64,000 bases of DNA from Acidimicrobiaceae bacterium (lineage in GTDB: Bacteria > Actinomycetota > Acidimicrobiia > Acidimicrobiales > JAUTXP01), in NCBI GenBank assembly GCA_030837965.1, contig JAUTXP010000046.1:38326-102325 (forward strand). The letters are read 5' to 3'. A program made the position numbers and the translations under genes. This document shows, piece after piece, positions 47,671 to 55,293 of the stretch. Within the stretch, counting starts at the first letter, position 1. Each line of letters starts with the position of its first letter. Under the pieces are notes generated by a model. The model was given only the letters and a program-made list of their open reading frames with translations. It had not been told where the DNA came from and ran no database searches.

Positions 47671-48741
47671 ATGGCATCAGTCTCTACTCGAACGCCCGAG
47701 GCCAAAGCACGTGTTCGCCGGGCGCAGTTGCTCGTCTACGCGGGCCGCAATGAGGTTGCAGCGAGGCAGGACGTACATTTGAGGCGCGGCATCATCTTTC
47801 ACGGTCGGCTCGGCGCGGTCGAGGCCGCAGGCTTGAGGAGCCGCGGGTTCACTGGGGCGCTTGCGGTGGACCCCGAGCGCTATACCAAACTCAACGAGCA
47901 GCCGCCGCGCTTGATCAGCGATGCCGATCTCTGCGCCACCGAGCAGGCGACGCTTGGGGTTTCCGCATACTTTGCGCCTTCATTCGCCACTCAACGAACC
48001 CAAGCGTCATTGCTCTCTGTGCTCGAAGATGGTGCCTCCTTTCTCTCCGCCGTGGAACGAACGGGAGCTTCGGCGCCTGCTTACGTATCCGTTGTTGTCA
48101 CTCCGTTCTGGCTCTCGGAGGGCCTCGACGTCTTAGAGACGGCCGTTCGAGATTTCGCACGACCTATCGCCTTCGTGTTCGCAGCACCATTCGATCCCCT
48201 GGGATCTCAAGCTGCCGTCGAAGGCGCACTTCGGTTGATCCAGGCCTCGGCCGGGGCCTTCATCCTTCGGTGTGACCTCTCGGCGATCGGGCTCGTGGCC
48301 GGTGGAGCGATGGGCGGTTCGGTGGGTGCATCCGCTACCACAAGACACCTCGGCATGCCGCTTCGGAATGCTCGGCGTGACAGATCGAGCAGGGACAACT
48401 CGTTGCACGTCTTTGTTCCTCGCCTCCTGAGCTGGCCTCGCGGGTCGACGCTGGAGCACCTCGCTGACGATCTCGACGTCTTTGTGTGTCGATGCGGCGT
48501 TTGCCAGGGAGATTCGCTGCTTCGGTTCCGTGAGGCTTCGCGGGCCGTCGAGGCAGAGCGTCACGCTGTGGCAGCTTGGGCCGCGATCGCTGACGCAGTG
48601 CTTGGTGACAATGACCCGATCGCTCGGTGGCGAAGCGTTCTCGAGAGTGCCGACAACGCTTACGGCGAGCTCGAGGCTGACGGCGTAGCCCTCGGTCGGC
48701 CTGGATTCATTCGCGCGTGGCTTTCAGTGCTCCCTGCGTGA
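47671..48741 (+). CDS. tRNA-guanine-transglycosylase (TGT)/DpdA-like protein, tentative
   Basis: 'CRCGVCQG...(16 aa)...RH' fits the TGT CxCxxC...H zinc motif, and 'VAGGAMGGSVGAS' resembles the TGT GGLAVGE strand. The start may instead be 47605. Confidence 0.4.
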   Translation: MASVSTRTPEAKARVRRAQLLVYAGRNEVAARQDVHLRRGIIFHGRLGAVEAAGLRSRGFTGALAVDPERYTKLNEQPPRLISDADLCATEQATLGVSAYFAPSFATQRTQASLLSVLEDGASFLSAVERTGASAPAYVSVVVTPFWLSEGLDVLETAVRDFARPIAFVFAAPFDPLGSQAAVEGALRLIQASAGAFILRCDLSAIGLVAGGAMGGSVGASATTRHLGMPLRNARRDRSSRDNSLHVFVPRLLSWPRGSTLEHLADDLDVFVCRCGVCQGDSLLRFREASRAVEAERHAVAAWAAIADAVLGDNDPIARWRSVLESADNAYGELEADGVALGRPGFIRAWLSVLPA

Positions 48742-49324
48742 CCATCGCGTTCCAGACCCGTTCCTGAACAAGCCACCTCCTCGGACCCGGCCGCACGTGT
48801 TCCCGTGTTGATGGCGAGAGCGTTGCACCGTCTCGCACAAGGCCAACTCCGACCCGTTCGGCTCTGGCGCTCCACGATGGCGCCCGGTTAACCACGAGAC
48901 CGCGTTCGGCGTCTGCAGCCAGTACGGAGATCGCCTCGAGGTCTCGCTCGCCTCGCGTTGCGCACCGGAGGACGCCGGTTAACTCGACGACTGGCCTGAA
49001 TATCCGGGTGACCGCGTCCTGGCTCCAGCTCAATGCCCATCGGGGCACTGACTCGAGAACTGCACGGTGGGCGAGTTCGAGAGATCGGAGCGGAACGGCG
49101 ATCTCCTCGGGCAGGGAGCCAAACGCCCGGAGTATGTCGCGGTCGAGAAGTGCGCCTGCTCCTGAGCGCCGGCCAGCCTCCGCCGCGTCCACTAGGCCGA
49201 TGGCCCACACGTTCACGTTGGCGAGTTGGATTTCAACGAGAGGCCTTCCCGCCCAGCCGAAGGCCTCAGCGAGCGAGGTGGCGTCGGCCCGTGTCAACCC
49301 GGTCTCGCTTGTGGCTGTCCTCAT
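48707..49324 (-). CDS. Hypothetical protein (205 aa)
   Basis: A coherent ORF whose 3' end overlaps the TGT-like gene by 35 nt (convergent). No motif recognised. Confidence 0.5.
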   Translation of the reverse strand: MRTATSETGLTRADATSLAEAFGWAGRPLVEIQLANVNVWAIGLVDAAEAGRRSGAGALLDRDILRAFGSLPEEIAVPLRSLELAHRAVLESVPRWALSWSQDAVTRIFRPVVELTGVLRCATRGERDLEAISVLAADAERGLVVNRAPSWSARAERVGVGLVRDGATLSPSTREHVRPGPRRWLVQERVWNAMVTQGALKATRE

Positions 49325-49326
49325 AC

Positions 49327-49344
49327 AGTGAAAAGCTTTTCACT
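49327..49344. promoter_or_regulatory. Perfect 18-bp palindrome AGTGAAAAGCTTTTCACT
   Basis: Read directly in an AT-rich 50-bp divergent intergenic region, with an extra half-site TTCAC at 49352-49356. Confidence 0.6.
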
Positions 49345-49374
49345 AATTAACTTCACAAGCGTGGATGGGGTTGG

Positions 49375-49638
49375 ATGACGGCAGACGGCCGAGTCTCGAA
49401 GGCCCTCTTTGGTAACGCCAACCTGCTCTCGGTCGCGGAAGCGGCGGCAGGGTTCGCTGGCGCCTTCACCGGTCGCGCGCTTGCTGCAGGCGCCGACCTT
49501 CCGGACCCGGTTGTTACCCCCATCGTTAGGCGTCTGAGCGAAGGCCGCGTCATCGTGCTGAAGCGCGAAGTCGGTCGCAGCCGCGAGTACGAGGTGGTGG
49601 ACGGTCCGTTCTGGGATCTGATTCGCTCCCTCGCCTAG
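49375..49638 (+). CDS. Small winged-helix DNA-binding protein (87 aa), tentative
   Basis: Its size, the 'IVRRLSEGRVIVLKREVGRSREYEV' wing-like segment, and its divergent position next to the palindrome. Confidence 0.5.
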   Translation: MTADGRVSKALFGNANLLSVAEAAAGFAGAFTGRALAAGADLPDPVVTPIVRRLSEGRVIVLKREVGRSREYEVVDGPFWDLIRSLA

Positions 49639-49650
49639 GGACAGGTGGGG

Positions 49651-50760
49651 CTACGAACCGCCCTCACCGGCGGGCAGGCGGTTGTACAGCCAACCTCGGC
49701 CTTGTTCTCGCCACGGACAATCGTTTTCGCCTGGAGTCAGTAGCCCTCCGGGATCGACGGTCGGCCCGAGCACTCGATATCGGTTGTGGAGCGTCTTGCC
49801 GTCCTTCTCCACCAGGCCGTCGCGGTCGGCGCGGCGCTGGGTGATGCTCACCTGGTCGGCTCGTTGCCACGACGTGCAAACGAGGATCACGTGGGCGTGA
49901 TCACCTCGCTCCTCCTCGAAGCGGTCGTAGCGGTAGAGCTCATCGAGCAGCTTCTCGACTGAGCCGCCGGGGTCGGGGACGAGAAAGAACTGCTCGACCC
50001 GGCTCTCCTCCTGCCACTCGCCGAACCAGGCCTCCCGGATGATCCCCTGAGTCCACTTCTCGACTTCCTCGGGCCGCATCCAGTCCAGCAGCTTGCAGCG
50101 TGGGTTGACCCGCTGGGTCGCCACGAGGCGGGCGTAGAACGCGCTAACGGCCACGCTGCGGGCCAGGACGGCCCGACGGGCCAAGGCGATGCCGAACGCG
50201 CCCCGGTAGCGGCGGACGGCCTGGTCGACGTTGGCACCAGTCCACGCCGCGACCACCGCCGCTCCTTCACGCCCGAGCACGTAGTGGTACGGCTCCGAGC
50301 CGCCGCCCTCCCGGTAGGGGCGGAAGCGGTCGAGGACGCCCATCTCGTAGAGCTGCTTCAACCGGACGAGCCCGCGGCCGCGGGTGTCGAAGAACATCTC
50401 GCAGATGTGGTTGGCCGTCAGCACGTTCAGCCTCCACACGGCGCGCACGATCTCCAGGTCTCGGTCGGTGAGGCGGGGGAGCAGTCGATAGCGGTAGTCG
50501 CCTGAGTGTGGGCGGGGACGGGACTGAGGGGACGCTGGTCCCCTCAGGAGTCGGGTTTCCGACTTCGCGCCCGTGACCCGCCGACGACCAGCGCCTTTGC
50601 GGCTGTCCTCCGCGAAGTCGAGCGCGGATGCGGTCACCACCGACTCCGCGAGCGACTTCGCGCCCGATGTTGCGCCCGACTCTGCGGGCCACAGCGGGGC
50701 CGTCACTTGCCCGGCTCCGACTCGACGCGGGGCTTGCGCGAGTACGGCCGACTCAGGCAC
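49651..50760 (-). CDS. Replication-relaxation family protein
   Basis: 'LTDRDLEIVRAVWRLNVLTANHICEMFF' and 'RLKQLYEMGVLDRFRP', typical of actinobacterial plasmid/AICE replication-relaxation proteins. Confidence 0.65.
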   Translation of the reverse strand: MPESAVLAQAPRRVGAGQVTAPLWPAESGATSGAKSLAESVVTASALDFAEDSRKGAGRRRVTGAKSETRLLRGPASPQSRPRPHSGDYRYRLLPRLTDRDLEIVRAVWRLNVLTANHICEMFFDTRGRGLVRLKQLYEMGVLDRFRPYREGGGSEPYHYVLGREGAAVVAAWTGANVDQAVRRYRGAFGIALARRAVLARSVAVSAFYARLVATQRVNPRCKLLDWMRPEEVEKWTQGIIREAWFGEWQEESRVEQFFLVPDPGGSVEKLLDELYRYDRFEEERGDHAHVILVCTSWQRADQVSITQRRADRDGLVEKDGKTLHNRYRVLGPTVDPGGLLTPGENDCPWREQGRGWLYNRLPAGEGGS

Positions 50761-50818
50761 AGAGGCTCGGCCTCGATGAGCGGCGGGGGGTTTCCGCCAT
50801 CAGTTAGGTGCAAGTGCC
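50759..50818. repeat. Copy A of a 60-nt repeat (extended similarity from 50737)
   Basis: 58 of 60 nt are identical to 51570-51629. It contains GGCGG-N7-CCGCC. Confidence 0.85.
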
Positions 50819-50912
50819 AAGCATGAAATACATCGAGACTTCTCAGAACTCAGAGAAGAATGCATACGTGAAGACCACGGCCGCCGACCGCGCATCGCGA
50901 TATCGTGATGTC

Positions 50913-51122
50913 ATGACGAAGCAGACGACCGTGCGACTCCCGGACGAGCTGGCCGACGAGGCCGAGGCGGTCGCGCGCGTCAAGGGCACGAGCGTCAACG
51001 CGCTCATCGTGGAGTCGCTTGCCGCCGAGATCCAGCGCGTCCGGGCCGACAAGGACTTCACCAAGCGGGCCCGCAAGCTCTTGGAGCGGGACAAGGAGCT
51101 GCTCGACCGCCTCGCCCGTTGA
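50913..51122 (+). CDS. Ribbon-helix-helix antitoxin
   Basis: 'TTVRLPDELADEAEAVARVKGTSVNALIVESL' RHH pattern. Its stop overlaps the Doc start. Confidence 0.7.
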   Translation: MTKQTTVRLPDELADEAEAVARVKGTSVNALIVESLAAEIQRVRADKDFTKRARKLLERDKELLDRLAR

Positions 51123-51517
51123 CGCGCTACATCACCCTCGCCGAGTACGTCTGGCTCGCGGAGCAGGTGACTGACGTGGAGACCGCGGTGCTTGCTAAGG
51201 CGTCCCGGCTCGACCTGGCCGACTCGGCCCTCCACGCGCCGCAGGCCGGCTTCGGCGACGACGACTTCTACCCGGACGCGATCGACAAGGCTGCGGTGCT
51301 CACGTGTCGGCTTTCGTGGAACCACTCCCTGCCCGACGGCAACAAGCGGGCGGCCTGGGCCGCCCTGGTCGTGTTCCTCGACCTCAACGACTGGGTCTGG
51401 GAGCCGGACCCGCCGGACGTCGACGAGGCCGAGGCCGCCATACAGGCGGTCGCCGCGGGCGAGGTCGATGAGGCATGGCTCGCGGACTGGCTCCGTGCCC
51501 GCGTCCGGCGGGCTTGA
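51119..51517 (+). CDS. Doc (death-on-curing, Fic-fold) toxin
   Basis: 'NHSLPDGNKRAAWAA' is a Fic/Doc-type motif (compare H.F.DGNKR). The TTG start overlaps the upstream stop. Confidence 0.75.
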   Translation: MTRYITLAEYVWLAEQVTDVETAVLAKASRLDLADSALHAPQAGFGDDDFYPDAIDKAAVLTCRLSWNHSLPDGNKRAAWAALVVFLDLNDWVWEPDPPDVDEAEAAIQAVAAGEVDEAWLADWLRARVRRA

Positions 51518-51569
51518 CGCGCTCACTTCTCGACCCCCGAACGTCGTCGCGAGTAGGGCCTCGACAGAT

Positions 51570-51629
51570 ACAGAGGTTCGGCCTCGATCAGCGGCGGGGG
51601 GTTTCCGCCATCAGTTAGGTGCAAGTGCC
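51570..51629. repeat. Copy B of the 60-nt repeat (extended similarity from 51547)
   Basis: 58 of 60 nt are identical to 50759-50818. It lies 41 bp upstream of the Phd-like antitoxin start. Confidence 0.85.
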
Positions 51630-51670
51630 TTGGCGTGGGCAGATCCAAATCACTCTGATAATCTGATCCC

Positions 51671-51859
51671 GTGAAAGAGATCTCCGCCACCGAGGCAGCT
51701 CGCGGATTCTCCGACATCCTCGACGCAGTCGAGCATCGACGACAGTCGTTCGTCGTCGTCCGGGGCGGGCACGCCGTGGCCAGACTGGAGCCGGTCGCCG
51801 CTGTTGACGGCAAGGCTCTCAAGACGCTGCTCGCCAAGCACAAGCCCGACAGGGCATGA
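51671..51859 (+). CDS. Phd/YefM-type antitoxin
   Basis: 'ISATEAARGFSDILDAVEHRRQSFVVVRGGHAVARLEP'. ATGA overlap with the PIN gene. Confidence 0.7.
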   Translation: MKEISATEAARGFSDILDAVEHRRQSFVVVRGGHAVARLEPVAAVDGKALKTLLAKHKPDRA

Positions 51860-52308
51860 CTCAAGGAACTGACCGAGATGCGCGAGGCGCTGCCCGTCGA
51901 GGAGCGGTCCTGGCCAGCCTGATCCTCGACGCGTCGGTTCTTGTCGATGCAGAGCGGCAGGGCACGAAGCTTGCGCAGATCGTCGCTGACGACGACGACG
52001 TGGCGATCGCCGCTATCACGGTCGCCGAGCTTCTCGTCGGGGTCGAGCTTGCTAACGGGAAGCGCCGTGTCGCAAGGCAGAAGCTTGTCGACGCCATCAT
52101 CGACACGCTGCCGATCGAGGACTACGACCTCAACGTCGCCCGGCGGCACGGCGAGTTACTCGCGCACGCCCGACTCGCCGGGCAACCCCGCGGCGCGCAC
52201 GAACTCGTCATCGCCGCCACAGCGGTTGCTCGCCGCCGGATTGTTGTGACCGCCGATGCCCGAGGCTTCGACGGTCTGCCCGGCGTGACCTACCGTGCCA
52301 TCCGCTGA
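51856..52308 (+). CDS. VapC-type PIN-domain toxin
   Basis: 'LILDASVLV', 'ITVAEL' and 'VVTADARGF' supply the PIN acidic residues. Confidence 0.75.
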   Translation: MTQGTDRDARGAARRGAVLASLILDASVLVDAERQGTKLAQIVADDDDVAIAAITVAELLVGVELANGKRRVARQKLVDAIIDTLPIEDYDLNVARRHGELLAHARLAGQPRGAHELVIAATAVARRRIVVTADARGFDGLPGVTYRAIR

Positions 52309-52363
52309 CCTCTCCGGGCGCACCACCATGTGTAAGGCGGGACGACCGAGATCGGAGCTGTTT

Positions 52364-52530
52364 CGCTGTCCGCATCACCGCGCGGAACCAACTTCGGGCC
52401 TGTGCTGCCAGTCGGGCCGCGGAAGGTCGGGACGATCTGCTGGCTCGACTCGCCCTTCACTTCGCGGATCAGGCCTTGCGTGGGCCTCACCCGTGACGGG
52501 CTGCGGGCCTTTGTGATGGTGCGGTCGCGG
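52364..52530 (-). pseudogene. 3' remnant of a second, diverged large serine recombinase
   Basis: 'TQGLIREVKGESSQQIVPTFRGPTGSTGPKLV' aligns with the intact 'MQALIAEIKVTSRQPIVPTFRVPTGSTGPKLV'. 46 of 50 nt are identical between 52387-52436 and 42916-42965. Confidence 0.7.
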
Positions 52531-52537
52531 CCCCACG

Positions 52538-53026
52538 CTACGGCTGACGGGCCTGGTCGACGAGGGCGGCCACGTCGTCGGTGGTCTCCACCACGATGTG
52601 GTCGAAGCGGTGGCCGGCCAGCTCGATGACGGTGGCCGGGTGCCCGCGCCGGGCTAGCACGAAGTTCTTGTCGCCGCGCCAGCGAAAGGTGCCGGCGGCG
52701 AACAGCCCGGGAATGCTGGTGCCGGGCGCCCTGATCCCTCTCGCATAGCGGAACGCCTCGCGGCCCGACACCACCGTGACAGCGGTGACCGAGGCGACGG
52801 GCACGTCGATCGTCCCGTGACACGCCCACAAGACGTTGAGACCACGCGGCGCCACCACTAATCCCTTGCCCCGACGGGTCGCTCGAGCACCGGGGGCCGC
52901 TGCCGCCGCTACCAGTATGAATACGACCAACATGACCGCGACCGCTATGTAGTACGCCGAGCCTCGCCGTATTTCGTAAGCAGCCGCGCCCAGCACGAGC
53001 AACAAGAGCAACGTCCATCGGATCAT
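52538..53026 (-). CDS. Membrane protein with a bacterial PH-like (bPH) domain
   Basis: ATG at 53026 (MIRWTLLLLL...), two N-terminal TM segments, then a soluble domain of about 100 aa. Confidence 0.5.
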   Translation of the reverse strand: MIRWTLLLLLVLGAAAYEIRRGSAYYIAVAVMLVVFILVAAAAAPGARATRRGKGLVVAPRGLNVLWACHGTIDVPVASVTAVTVVSGREAFRYARGIRAPGTSIPGLFAAGTFRWRGDKNFVLARRGHPATVIELAGHRFDHIVVETTDDVAALVDQARQP

Positions 53027-53250
53027 GTGGTAGATGTCTCCTTCGTGAGGCAGGGGCAGCTCGTTGCTCACGTTCGCACGGCCGGGCTGCGGCGGGGCGC
53101 GCACCCCTGGTGCTGGCCGCCACGGCGTGGGCACGACGGCGGATTGTCACGGCCGACAGCCGCGGCTCGAAGGACCTGCCCGGCACCACCTACCGCGGCT
53201 CGCTCAGCTCACCGACAGGGGATGCCTCGCGCACGTTGAATTATTAGGAC

Positions 53251-53967
53251 GTGCGCTCTCGTATCTCAACACCTTCGTCCGCTGTACCTGCCGCAGGCAC
53301 CGCTCGACTCGCTGCCGCCGTCGTGCTGGCCGCAGCCGTGGGTCTCGTGGCGGCCGGGCCGTCGCAGGCGGACGGGCTGCTGGCACCGGCGGGCGCCCAC
53401 GGCCACGGTGATGTTGCCGACGCGCCGCCGGGCGCGCTGCCGATGATGGCGGGGGCCTTTTTGAACGCTCCCGTGCTCGCCGTCGGCGCGGCCGACTTCC
53501 CGGGTGGCGTGCGGGTCAGGTATGCGGCGTACACCGTCACCACCGCCGACGGCCGCCCGACGGCAGCGCGGGTGTTCGCGGTCAAGCAGCAGTTGTCCGC
53601 CACGGGCGGCGAGAACACGGCGGTCGCTGCGGCCGACGTGGCCGTCCCGGTAAGCGACCTCGGATACGGGCACACGGGCGACGAGGCTGTCGGCAGCCTG
53701 CACGCGGTACTGCCGTCGCTCGGCACCCTCGACGTGCGCCTGACGGCGCCGGTCACGGGGCACGGTTCCATCACCAGCCTTCATGCCGTCCAGTGGAACT
53801 ACAACCTCACGATCGACGAGGGCCACCAGAAGACCGACGTCATCGCGGCCCACTCATACGTGCGCCTCGATGGGGTGGCGGGCGTCGTGTACGAGGCGGC
53901 CTGGGGGCGGGGAGCCAGCGGGTATGTGCGCTCGGCCTATCCCGTGGTGCCCACCGCTCCGGCCTGA
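53251..53967 (+). CDS. Secreted hypothetical protein
   Basis: Signal peptide 'AAAVVLAAAVGLVAAGPSQADG'. Confidence 0.55.
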   Translation: MRSRISTPSSAVPAAGTARLAAAVVLAAAVGLVAAGPSQADGLLAPAGAHGHGDVADAPPGALPMMAGAFLNAPVLAVGAADFPGGVRVRYAAYTVTTADGRPTAARVFAVKQQLSATGGENTAVAAADVAVPVSDLGYGHTGDEAVGSLHAVLPSLGTLDVRLTAPVTGHGSITSLHAVQWNYNLTIDEGHQKTDVIAAHSYVRLDGVAGVVYEAAWGRGASGYVRSAYPVVPTAPA

Positions 53968-53986
53968 TCTCCGGCGAGCGAACCGC

Positions 53987-54199
53987 TCAACGATCGAGTC
54001 GACGCCACAGGCGGCCCGCTTCGAAGCCGACGGCGCTCAACGCCAGCAGCACCGTCGCCACCGCGGTGGCTTGCGCGGGGAACACCGCCGCAGCCACCAG
54101 GGCCAAGGCCCCTACCGCGCCGATGCCCACGCCGATCACCAGCGCACGGACCGACTCCTTCGAGTCATGGCCCGTCACCTGTGCATCCGGCTGGCGCAA
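53987..54199 (-). CDS. Small two-TM membrane protein
   Basis: Hydrophobic stretches 'LVIGVGIGAVGALALVAAAVF' and 'VATVLLALSAVGF'. Confidence 0.35.
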   Translation of the reverse strand: MRQPDAQVTGHDSKESVRALVIGVGIGAVGALALVAAAVFPAQATAVATVLLALSAVGFEAGRLWRRLDR

Positions 54200-54647
54200 A
54201 GCTGGTAGGCAGACGCGACAATGCGCGGGCCGCGACTTCCTCGGTGACGTCGAACTCGGCAGCCACGTCGGCAGGAGTCACTCCGATCTCGAGGTCGGCC
54301 AGACGCAGGCAGAGCGCCTGAAGCTCGGCGGGCGGAACCAGCCGGTCGGCGACGATGTCGTTCACCCAACCCTCCTCCCGGCTCACGACCGCGTCCCACG
54401 AGTCGGGCATGAAGTCGGCGTCGCAGCCGCCCAGGCGCTCGTCGTGCACCAACTCGTGGGCCAGCAGACACCGACGTCGCACCCGCCGCTCGCGACGATC
54501 GATGAGCACAGCGACGTAACGCCCCAGCGGCCAGTACACGGCCCCGCCCAGCAGGGCAGGCAGGTCGGCCCGGCCGTACACCAGATGCGGCCGAGCCCCC
54601 AACGCGGCCCACGGGTCCCAGGTGAGTGCCATGCGGAGAGCATGCAT
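54165..54647 (-). CDS. ImmA/IrrE-family zinc metallopeptidase
   Basis: 'LLAHELVHDE' is an HExxH motif. The gene lies downstream of an HTH gene. Confidence 0.65.
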   Translation of the reverse strand: MHALRMALTWDPWAALGARPHLVYGRADLPALLGGAVYWPLGRYVAVLIDRRERRVRRRCLLAHELVHDERLGGCDADFMPDSWDAVVSREEGWVNDIVADRLVPPAELQALCLRLADLEIGVTPADVAAEFDVTEEVAARALSRLPTSFAPAGCTGDGP

Positions 54648-54661
54648 GGGCGGTGTAACGC

Positions 54662-55174
54662 TTACTTGGGCCGCGCCTTGACGTCGCCGCCGTCATCGGC
54701 GCCGGGCGAGATGTGGTGGCCGCTGGCTTCGATCTCCGCTACCTGCCCGGGCGTGAGCGGCGCCGTCTTCCCGCCCGACGCCGCCTCTCGTTCCACCCGC
54801 TCGGCATCGACGGGCCGAAGCCGCCGGGCCTTGGCCTTCCTGCGGTAGTGGTCGAACAGCACCAGCACCGCCTCCTTGCCCTCCAAGCTCAGTCCGGCCT
54901 CGCTGCGGATGCCCTCCCGCACCGACTCTGGCGTCTTGGCGAAGCCCATCACCCGCACTATCTCGCCGTGCGGCAGCCCGAGTTTGGCCTCGATGACGGA
55001 GAACCGTTTCAGCATCTCCAAGGTCATCGTGAGGGACGTGCCCTTGAACATGGCGTTGAGCATGCTGTCCGAAATATGGAGCTCGTCGGCCAAGGCCGTC
55101 TTGAACAGCCCGTTCCGCTCCAACGCCTCTTCGACCAAGTCCCTGAACGCCGAGACAGGGTCGGGGGCGGCCAC
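54662..55174 (-). CDS. XRE-like helix-turn-helix regulator
   Basis: 'KTALADELHISDSMLNAMFKG' HTH segment, paired with the ImmA-like gene. Confidence 0.6.
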   Translation of the reverse strand: MAAPDPVSAFRDLVEEALERNGLFKTALADELHISDSMLNAMFKGTSLTMTLEMLKRFSVIEAKLGLPHGEIVRVMGFAKTPESVREGIRSEAGLSLEGKEAVLVLFDHYRRKAKARRLRPVDAERVEREAASGGKTAPLTPGQVAEIEASGHHISPGADDGGDVKARPK

Positions 55175-55293
55175 AAATCCGCATCGTATTCATCGGTATC
55201 CCATGTACTTATAGGCGGGCTACCTAAAGAGTGCAAGCACGGTTTGCTGGAATTCCGATATCAGCAATTGAGCCGCCGAATATCAGAATCTAT

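Larger units (their letters stand above)
42896..52363. mobile_element. Integrated element (about 9.5 kb) at the tRNA-Arg 3' end, carrying a large serine recombinase, a defence-type gene and TA cargo
   Basis: The recombinase gene abuts the tRNA. The element also carries a replication-relaxation gene and two TA pairs. The right edge is inferred from the point where homology to the int 3' region starts (52364). Confidence 0.6.

Noticed and set aside
52290-53189. A 299-aa minus-strand ORF
   Set aside because: It is a composite of the recombinase 3' remnant, shadow sequence overlapping the bPH gene in a different reading frame, and read-through into the element's end. It has no start context.
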